From contig JACPZE010000020.1 in NCBI GenBank assembly GCA_016195685.1, forward strand, positions 21,725-85,724: 64,000 nt of DNA, written 5' to 3'. Position 1 is the first letter of the stretch. Each line of letters opens with the position of its first letter. A program made the translations under genes and the position numbers. The stretch is from Candidatus Gottesmanbacteria bacterium (GTDB taxonomy: Bacteria; Patescibacteriota; Microgenomatia; 2-02-FULL-39-11). Below the pieces are notes generated by a model that was not told where the DNA came from, did not search any database, and worked only from the letters and a program-made list of their open reading frames with translations. Of this stretch, positions 57,668 through 64,000 are shown piece after piece.

Positions 57668-60043
57668 ATGAAAATAAAATTTAGAATAGGATATTTTATA
57701 TTCGGCTGTTTACTTGGATTAATTACATTTTTAAACCAAGCCAAACCGGTTGAAGCATTTAGTTTTTCCTTCCTCAAGTTTCCAGATATACCTAGTTTAC
57801 TTCGACTGATTTCTTTTCCAAACTTTCCACCTCTTAGACCTTTACCAACGATTAAACCTTTACCTACACTTCCACCTCTTCGGTCCATCACCAATCCTTT
57901 TGCCTCTCCAACTCCAACTCCGAGTTTAACTCCTACGATGACTCCCACTCGTACTCCAACTCCTGCTCCGACACTTACTCCTAGTTCGACGCCAACGTTA
58001 ACCCCAACTCTCACTCCTACTTTAGCTCCCACCCTCACACCAACTAATACTCCAACACTGACACCTACTAGTACTCCTACCCCGACTGATACCCCCCCAA
58101 TACCCACTCCTACTCCTACAAAAACTCCTACCCCTACACCGACGTTAACGCCTAGTCCAACAGATACGCCTATTCCTACGATGACACCTACTTTGACGCC
58201 TACTCCTACCAATACTCCTACAACAACTCCTACACCAACTCTAACGCCTATTCCAACCGATACCCTAACCCCGACACCATCAAATACACCTACACCAACT
58301 ATCACGCCCACAGATACACTTACTCCAACGCCTACAGAAACACCTATACCGACGTCTACACCGGTACCAACCGATACTCCAACCCCAATCCTAACTCCAA
58401 CTCCGACTAATACTCCTACTCTCACGCCTTCTGATACTCCTACACCTACATTAACTCCAGTTCCAACAGATACACCTACACCAACACCTAGTGATACTCC
58501 TACGCCTACATCGACTCCTATTCCAACAGATACACCAATTCTCAGTCCGACTGATACTCCTACACCCACTATTACTCCAACTCCCAATTTATCAGCGAGT
58601 TTAGTGGCTTATTGGAAATTAAACGAAGGCAGTGGGAATTCTATTCCCGATGATTCTGGTAATAATAAAAGACTCCATGTAAACAATAATTTACCTCCAG
58701 TCTGGTCGAATGATGTACCTCCCAATAACTGGGGAGATACTTTTTCTTACGAAGTACAAAATTCTGCTAACAACTTTTTATACAATGAAAATTTACATAC
58801 CAGCGACTATTGTTTCCCCACCGCATACACTATCGAAGGTTGGTTTAAAGTTTTATCACCACCGATAAATGAAGGAACTTTGATATCTAAATTTGCAGGT
58901 CAAGGATGGTTACTTTGGACTGGTGGTTCTGCAAATCCTTTGGAGTTTAGGCAATATAATCCTTTTTCTCCCATAGTTTCTAATGGTTCTTTGACGTTGC
59001 TTGACGAGTGGCATCACCTCGCTATGGTTTGGGATGGTTTAACTCGTCAGTGGTACATAGATGGTGTGCTTACCAATAGTGATGGCAATAATACTGCTCC
59101 TGGTTGTAATTCAGGATTATTGAATATAGGCGCATATAATAATGGAACTTCTATACCTAATATGCGGGTATCTGAGGTAAGAATATATGATACTGCGCTT
59201 TCCCAAGGACAGATAGAGGCTGACACGGGGGTGTTGTTGCCCACTCTTACACCTTCTCCTACTCCTAGCGATACTCCTACACCTACCTTAACGCCTATAC
59301 CCACAGACACTCCTACACCTACAGATACCCCTGTTCCGACTCCTACAGATACCCCAATCCCGACTCCGTCAGACACACCAACTCCTACCATTACGCCTAT
59401 ACCTACTGTCACACCTTCGCCCACAGACACGCCTATACCTACCCTGACACCATTACCTACAGATACTCCTACTCCCACTCTTTCACCCACCCCTTCTGAT
59501 ACTCCTACACCTACTCCCACTCCAACGCCGCCAAGTGTTGTAATTAACGAAATCATGTGGCCGGGGAGTAGCGCAAGTAGTGCAGATGAATGGATTGAGT
59601 TAAAAAATACTACTTCGAGTCCGATAGATTTGACTAACTGGGTTGTAGAAAAGTTAGGAAATTCTGGCAGTCCTAATATTACCATTCCATCAAGTACAAT
59701 TGGCGCAAATGATTATTTCCTCATAGCGAATTATTTGGAAACTGATAGTCATTCCGTGCTGAATGTTCATCCTGATTTTCAAACAGCCTCTATAAGTTTA
59801 GACAATGCAGGAGAGCAGTTAGTATTAAAAAATAATCTAGGAGTTATTATAGATACAGCCAATGGAAATAGTGCATGGTTTAATGGAGTCAATGGCAACA
59901 ACATAGTTCCAGATAAATCTATGGCTAGAAAAGATCCACCGAATGATGGTACAAACGCATCTAACTGGTTTACTTCTCAAGGGTCGGCCAATTTAGATCC
60001 AGGTGCAACGGAATCGGCAACTCCTAAGAGTAATAATATTTAA
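57668..60043 (+). CDS. secreted Pro/Thr-repeat protein with LamG-like (concanavalin A-like lectin) domain and C-terminal lamin tail domain (LTD)
   Basis: Signal peptide. (TPTPTxTP)n occupies about 250 aa. LamG_3 pattern [22 protein letters not shown]...[10 protein letters not shown]...WYIDGVL at about 58604-59228. A second PT tract follows. LTD motif VVINEIMW...DEWIELKN...DLTNWVV from about 59534. Confidence 0.72.
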   Translation: MKIKFRIGYFIFGCLLGLITFLNQAKPVEAFSFSFLKFPDIPSLLRLISFPNFPPLRPLPTIKPLPTLPPLRSITNPFASPTPTPSLTPTMTPTRTPTPAPTLTPSSTPTLTPTLTPTLAPTLTPTNTPTLTPTSTPTPTDTPPIPTPTPTKTPTPTPTLTPSPTDTPIPTMTPTLTPTPTNTPTTTPTPTLTPIPTDTLTPTPSNTPTPTITPTDTLTPTPTETPIPTSTPVPTDTPTPILTPTPTNTPTLTPSDTPTPTLTPVPTDTPTPTPSDTPTPTSTPIPTDTPILSPTDTPTPTITPTPNLSASLVAYWKLNEGSGNSIPDDSGNNKRLHVNNNLPPVWSNDVPPNNWGDTFSYEVQNSANNFLYNENLHTSDYCFPTAYTIEGWFKVLSPPINEGTLISKFAGQGWLLWTGGSANPLEFRQYNPFSPIVSNGSLTLLDEWHHLAMVWDGLTRQWYIDGVLTNSDGNNTAPGCNSGLLNIGAYNNGTSIPNMRVSEVRIYDTALSQGQIEADTGVLLPTLTPSPTPSDTPTPTLTPIPTDTPTPTDTPVPTPTDTPIPTPSDTPTPTITPIPTVTPSPTDTPIPTLTPLPTDTPTPTLSPTPSDTPTPTPTPTPPSVVINEIMWPGSSASSADEWIELKNTTSSPIDLTNWVVEKLGNSGSPNITIPSSTIGANDYFLIANYLETDSHSVLNVHPDFQTASISLDNAGEQLVLKNNLGVIIDTANGNSAWFNGVNGNNIVPDKSMARKDPPNDGTNASNWFTSQGSANLDPGATESATPKSNNI
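57900..58590 (+). repeat. Pro/Thr codon tandem repeat tract (low-complexity coding DNA)
   Basis: Reiterated actcctacNccNac units. A second tract lies at about 59225-59530. These tracts generate the spurious antisense GV-rich ORFs. Confidence 0.7.
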
Positions 60044-60101
60044 TATCCCTTATTATTTATTTCCTTGAATTTATCCCTATGGTTTGGCACAATGGAAATA
60101 G

Positions 60102-61004
60102 ATGTTTACCAATCTTGCCCAAAAACTTCGTCATTATTTTATTCCGCATGAATCCAACAACTACAGAGCCAGGTCTTTGCATAACTCCGCCATAGTTTTT
60201 TACATTTTGATCATAGTAATCTTTCATTTATCCATGAATATTATGAAACAGCTAAAACCAAATATATTGGGTTATGCCACCGATATTACGATAGAGAAGA
60301 TTTTGTCTTTGGTGAATAAGAAAAGGGTAGAGAATAATCTGCAGCCCCTATCTCTTTCCGACCAGTTGGATATAGCAGCTACAGCAAAAGGTAATGACAT
60401 GTTTAGTAAGAACTATTGGGCACATATCTCACCCACAGGTACGACTCCATGGTCTTTCATAAATGCCTCCGGTTATTCTTATGTTTACGCCGGAGAAAAT
60501 TTGGCCCGTAATTTCAATACCGCAGATGAAGTAATTGAGGCCTGGATGAATTCACCATCTCATAAGGCAAATATTCTTAAGCCGGAATACAAAGATATCG
60601 GTTTGGCGATTATAAACGGCAATCTAAACGGCGAAGACACTACTCTGGTTGTCCAGGAATTTGGTACGCCAAGTAAATCCACCGTGGCAGAAATTATACC
60701 AAATACTCCCAAAGATTTGTCTAATGCCAACGATAGAAAACAATTAGTTCAGGTACAAATTCCAGAGAACCAACTGGGCGCAAATGAGGTATCTATAAAT
60801 AAGTCGCCGATATACTTGCCGAAAGTCAATAAAACTTTTTCGCTTATATTTGCAGAATTTATGCTGGTGGTATTATTTATAGACAGCCTTTATCTTTGGA
60901 AATTTAAGACTCAAAGATTGAGTGGACATAGCCTAGCTCACATAATTTTCCTGGGAGCTCTCATTGGTGCAATGGGAGCCACAGGTATAGGAGTCATATT
61001 GTAA
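60102..61004 (+). CDS. CAP/SCP (YkwD-like) domain protein with C-terminal TM anchor
   Basis: YAGENLARNF...AWMNSPSHKANIL...YKDIGLAI is the CAP domain signature. N-terminal TM/signal and a C-terminal TM helix. Confidence 0.72.
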   Translation: MFTNLAQKLRHYFIPHESNNYRARSLHNSAIVFYILIIVIFHLSMNIMKQLKPNILGYATDITIEKILSLVNKKRVENNLQPLSLSDQLDIAATAKGNDMFSKNYWAHISPTGTTPWSFINASGYSYVYAGENLARNFNTADEVIEAWMNSPSHKANILKPEYKDIGLAIINGNLNGEDTTLVVQEFGTPSKSTVAEIIPNTPKDLSNANDRKQLVQVQIPENQLGANEVSINKSPIYLPKVNKTFSLIFAEFMLVVLFIDSLYLWKFKTQRLSGHSLAHIIFLGALIGAMGATGIGVIL

Positions 61005-61265
61005 ATGAAAAAAGATACACATTTCCACATTTTGCATTATCTGGTTTTGATAGTAATTCTTTTATCTGCGGTTGTTGCCTTTTTTGCTTTAGCAGGTAAT
61101 CACCGTATGCAATTTCAGGTCGCTATAATGACTTCTTTTATATATTTTCTTTGGGGAGTGGTACATCATCACCTGGAAGGTGATCTTCATCCCAAAATTG
61201 TGGTAGAATATCTACTCGTAGCTCTTCTTGCTGTATTTTTACTGCAGGGGACAATATTTAGATAA
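61005..61265 (+). CDS. small two-TM membrane protein
   Basis: 86-aa ORF with two hydrophobic helices. Starts 1 bp after the CAP gene stop. Confidence 0.35.
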   Translation: MKKDTHFHILHYLVLIVILLSAVVAFFALAGNHRMQFQVAIMTSFIYFLWGVVHHHLEGDLHPKIVVEYLLVALLAVFLLQGTIFR

Positions 61266-61298
61266 TATGCTTACAATAGTGCAACTTATGGAGAGAAG

Positions 61299-62036
61299 AT
61301 GAAAGGCGTCATACTTGCCGGCGGATTGGGAACCAGACTGTACCCGCTCACTTTTGCTACAAACAAGCATTTGCTTCCCGTCTACAACAAGCCGATGATA
61401 TTTTATCCGGTGACGACACTTGTGAATGCCGGGATTACGGATATTTTGGTTGTTACCAGCGGTCCTCATGCGGGTCATTTTATAAGGGTATTGAAAAACG
61501 GAAAAGAATTAGGCGTGAAACATCTGGAATATGCTTATCAGGAAAAATCAGACGGAGGTATAGCAGACGCTCTTCGTTTGGCTGAAGATTTTGCCGATGG
61601 TGGAAATATTACCGTAATTTTGGGTGACAACACGACTGATTCACAGATAAAAAGGCATGTTGAAAATTTTGATGATGGAGCATTGGTTTTTTTGAAGAAA
61701 ATGCAAAATATAGATCAGCGGAAAAGATTTGGAGTAGCGGTTTTCGATGTAAAAGACAAAACGAAGATAGTGAGTATAGAGGAAAAACCCCATAATCCAC
61801 AAAGTCATTTTGTAGCTACAGGACTTTATATTTACGATAACAAAGTATTTGACTATATAAGACTTTGCCAACCGTCAGATAGAGGTGAGATAGAGATAAC
61901 AGATGTCAACAACAGATATATTGCGGATAGGAGACTAAAGTGGGTAGAACTGGAAGGATTTTGGTCTGACGCCGGAACATTCAACACATTATTTGCCGCC
62001 AATAAATATTGGGCAGAAAAAGACAATCATGAATAA
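61299..62036 (+). CDS. rmlA: glucose-1-phosphate thymidylyltransferase (short form)
   Basis: MKGVILAGGLGTRLYPLTFATNKHLLPV is the nucleotidyltransferase signature. First gene of the rml operon. Confidence 0.88.
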   Translation: MKGVILAGGLGTRLYPLTFATNKHLLPVYNKPMIFYPVTTLVNAGITDILVVTSGPHAGHFIRVLKNGKELGVKHLEYAYQEKSDGGIADALRLAEDFADGGNITVILGDNTTDSQIKRHVENFDDGALVFLKKMQNIDQRKRFGVAVFDVKDKTKIVSIEEKPHNPQSHFVATGLYIYDNKVFDYIRLCQPSDRGEIEITDVNNRYIADRRLKWVELEGFWSDAGTFNTLFAANKYWAEKDNHE

Positions 62037-62523
62037 GCATAAGATGTATAAAAACGAAAAGATTATATCCGGCGTAATTCGCAAAGAATTGATTCGCCAC
62101 AAAGACGACAGAGGTTTTTTTGAAGAACTCATCAGGATAAATGATGATTTTTTTGCAGAAGGATTCGGCCAACTGTCCCATTCTTATATGTTTCCCGGGG
62201 TGATAAAAGCCTGGCATATACACAAAACCCAGGTAGATTTTTGGTATGTAGCCAAAGGCGATTTGCATGTAGGACTATATGATACTAGAGTTGATTCTCC
62301 AACTTATAAACAATTGAATGAATTCCTTTTGGGTCAGCATGGAGAAAATATAGTACTTAAGATTCCTTCCGGTGTGGCTCATGGTTGTAAAGTTATAGGA
62401 GGAGAGTCAGAGCTATTTTATGTTACGTCAAGTGTATATGATACAAAGCAGGAGGGCAGAATTCCCCATGATGACAAGAATATAGACTACGATTGGGTAA
62501 ATATCCCACCACTTAAACTATGA
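62029..62523 (+). CDS. rmlC: dTDP-4-dehydrorhamnose 3,5-epimerase
   Basis: Cupin RmlC motifs (GFFEELIR...[24 protein letters not shown]). The ATG at 62029 overlaps the rmlA stop. The ORF-track start uses an upstream TTG. Confidence 0.82.
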   Translation: MNKHKMYKNEKIISGVIRKELIRHKDDRGFFEELIRINDDFFAEGFGQLSHSYMFPGVIKAWHIHKTQVDFWYVAKGDLHVGLYDTRVDSPTYKQLNEFLLGQHGENIVLKIPSGVAHGCKVIGGESELFYVTSSVYDTKQEGRIPHDDKNIDYDWVNIPPLKL

Positions 62524-63533
62524 AACTTTTGGTAACTGGAGGTGCCGGTTTTATCGGCAGCAATTTTATTCATTATTGGCTCAAGAATAATCCTCAAGAT
62601 TTTATTGTCAATTTGGATAAGTTGACTTATGCTGGCAATCTGGAAAATCTTAAAAAAATCAAAGATAATCCAAATTGCCGATTTGTTAAAGGTGACATTT
62701 GCGACGGAAAATTAGTGGATGAAGTTATGGATGGTATAGATATTGTTGTACATTTTGCTGCCGAATCTCATGTAGATCGGTCTATCAAAAGTCCGTCAAT
62801 ATTCATAAAGACCAACATTATAGGAACACAGGTGTTATTGGAGGGAGCTCTAAAGCGTAAAGTAAAGAGGTTTCACCACATATCTACAGATGAAGTGTTC
62901 GGATCGTTAAATTTAGATGATTTGAGTAAATTTGATGAACGAACACCATATAACCCCAGAAGTCCATATTCAGCCAGTAAAGCCGGATCAGATCACTTAG
63001 TCATGTCTTACTTCTATACTTATGGACTTCCGGTTACCATATCGAATTGTTCTAATAATTTTGGCCCTTTCCAATATCCGGAAAAACTTATTCCGCTTGC
63101 AATCACCAATATTTTAGAGGGGAAAACAATTCCCATATACGGAGATGGTTTGTATGTACGTGATTGGCTTTATGTGGAAGATCATTGTAGGGCGATAGAT
63201 TTGATTCTTTCTAGTGGAAAAATAGGAGAAACTTATTGTGTGGGTGGACTTACGGAGGATATAAGCAATTTGGATGTAATAACCAAAATATTAGAAATTA
63301 TGGGTAAAAATAAGGATTGTTTGGAGTTTGTAAAAGATAGAATGGGGCATGACCGAAAATACGCTATAAATTGGTCAAAAATAAAACAGGAGCTGGGTTT
63401 TATACCAGAACACGATTTTACTCATTGGCTGGAGCAAACTGTAAAGTGGTATGAAGAAAATGAAACTTGGTGGAAAAGGCTCAAACAAGATGAGTTTAGT
63501 AATTATTATAAGGAACAATATAACGACCTATGA
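62520..63533 (+). CDS. rmlB: dTDP-glucose 4,6-dehydratase
   Basis: [16 protein letters not shown], YxxxK (YSASKAGSD) and a length of 337 aa. Overlaps rmlC by 4 bp. Confidence 0.93.
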   Translation: MKLLVTGGAGFIGSNFIHYWLKNNPQDFIVNLDKLTYAGNLENLKKIKDNPNCRFVKGDICDGKLVDEVMDGIDIVVHFAAESHVDRSIKSPSIFIKTNIIGTQVLLEGALKRKVKRFHHISTDEVFGSLNLDDLSKFDERTPYNPRSPYSASKAGSDHLVMSYFYTYGLPVTISNCSNNFGPFQYPEKLIPLAITNILEGKTIPIYGDGLYVRDWLYVEDHCRAIDLILSSGKIGETYCVGGLTEDISNLDVITKILEIMGKNKDCLEFVKDRMGHDRKYAINWSKIKQELGFIPEHDFTHWLEQTVKWYEENETWWKRLKQDEFSNYYKEQYNDL

Positions 63534-64000
63534 AAATACCTATTTTAGGGACAGGATTATCTGGGTTAGTTGGTTCAAGGATTATGGAGTTATTAGGTGA
63601 TACTTTTGAATTCACCGATCTTAGTTTTGCTACCGGAATCGATATCACCAATTCAGAACAAGTCGTGGAATCATTTCAGAATTCGTCAGCATCCATAGTT
63701 TTACATATGGCTGCCAAAACAGACGTAGATGCATGTGAAGATGATAAAATTTTTGGGGAAGAAGGTCCGGCATGGTTGGTAAATGTCATCGGTACCCAAA
63801 ATATAGTAGAAGCCGCTAAGAAATTTAACAAAAGACTCGTCTACATCTCTACAGATTTTGTTTTTGATGGCACACAAGATAGTTATGCCGAAGATGATAC
63901 TGTTAATCCTCTCAACTGGTATGGATATACCAAATCTGAAGGAGAAAAGTTGGTAAAAGAGGCGGAGATAAGGTTTATGATAGTGAGATTGTCTTATCCT
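63530..64000 (+). CDS. rmlD: dTDP-4-dehydrorhamnose reductase, N-terminal part (3' end outside window)
   Basis: The ATG at 63530 overlaps the rmlB stop (ATGA). Read by eye: [18 protein letters not shown]...[12 protein letters not shown], a Rossmann start and the RmlD STDYVFDG motif. It is absent from the ORF track because it is truncated by the window end. Confidence 0.78.
   Translation, partial: MKIPILGTGLSGLVGSRIMELLGDTFEFTDLSFATGIDITNSEQVVESFQNSSASIVLHMAAKTDVDACEDDKIFGEEGPAWLVNVIGTQNIVEAAKKFNKRLVYISTDFVFDGTQDSYAEDDTVNPLNWYGYTKSEGEKLVKEAEIRFMIVRLSYP

Noticed and set aside
57664-58587. 307-aa - strand ORF made of GVGV repeats, and a similar - strand ORF at 59047-59685
   Set aside because: Both are exact antisense of the Pro/Thr codon tracts of the 57668-60043 gene. 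They are low-complexity mirror ORFs with no independent start or ribosome-binding context.
1-64000. tRNA, rRNA, CRISPR arrays, transposases or integrases
   Set aside because: No GGTTCGANTCC-type T-arms with acceptor pairing were found, and no regular repeat-spacer arrays. No ORF has DDE, tyrosine or serine recombinase features. The high-GC island carries no mobility gene.

Overview
This window is AT-rich (about one-third GC by eye) and densely coding, mostly on the + strand. It looks like a small-genome bacterium with a large cell-envelope gene complement. I cannot assign a lineage without a database search.

The window begins with an arginine-type operon: argC (5' truncated), argB and argD, then a class II glutamine amidotransferase. 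A ~400-nt structured leader carrying two intrinsic terminators follows, ahead of a divergent HMGL-like (DRE-TIM) enzyme. Core genes follow: a class I lysyl-tRNA synthetase with a C-terminal B3/4-like domain, an EamA transporter, an HD hydrolase, a spermidine-synthase-like protein, secA, and an MFS transporter on the - strand.

A DUF11 surface protein gene and a small - strand gene flanked by 19-bp direct repeats come next. They sit beside a ~1.5-kb high-GC island encoding a lipoprotein, a clear compositional anomaly.

From about 16.7 to 29.8 kb there is a large cell-envelope glycosylation cluster. It holds several polytopic GT-C-like membrane proteins including a YfhO-like one, GT2 polyprenol-phosphate sugar synthases, GT4 enzymes, a signal peptidase I fused to a CAP domain, a histidine phosphatase and a PAP2 phosphatase.

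The most unusual locus is at 29.8 to 34.3 kb. It contains an NlpC/P60-like gene, a MurD-like ligase, a 61-aa antisense zinc-ribbon ORF that strongly resembles the LysW amino-group carrier protein, a fold-type II PLP enzyme and a 438-aa ATP-grasp ligase.

Downstream are an NRAMP transporter, prfB with no programmed frameshift, ftsE, ftsX, a catalytically intact M23 (EnvC-like) peptidase, a GNAT, tsaE, tsaC and a half-length tsaB, an S8 subtilase, and more GT-C-like membrane proteins including a tandem paralogous pair.

A surface-protein region follows. Three paralogous secreted proteins are built from repeats of roughly 88 aa that are saturated with N-x-S/T sequons. A Pro/Thr-rich LamG plus lamin-tail-domain protein, a CAP-domain protein and a sortase are also present. 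No protein here carries an obvious LPXTG signal; several have a C-terminal TM helix plus basic tail instead. At least two of these surface genes share a GC-rich 14-mer, ACCGCCAACGGAGG, in their upstream regions next to a terminator hairpin.

The window ends with the rmlACBD dTDP-rhamnose operon; rmlD is 3' truncated. I found no convincing tRNA, rRNA, CRISPR array or transposase.
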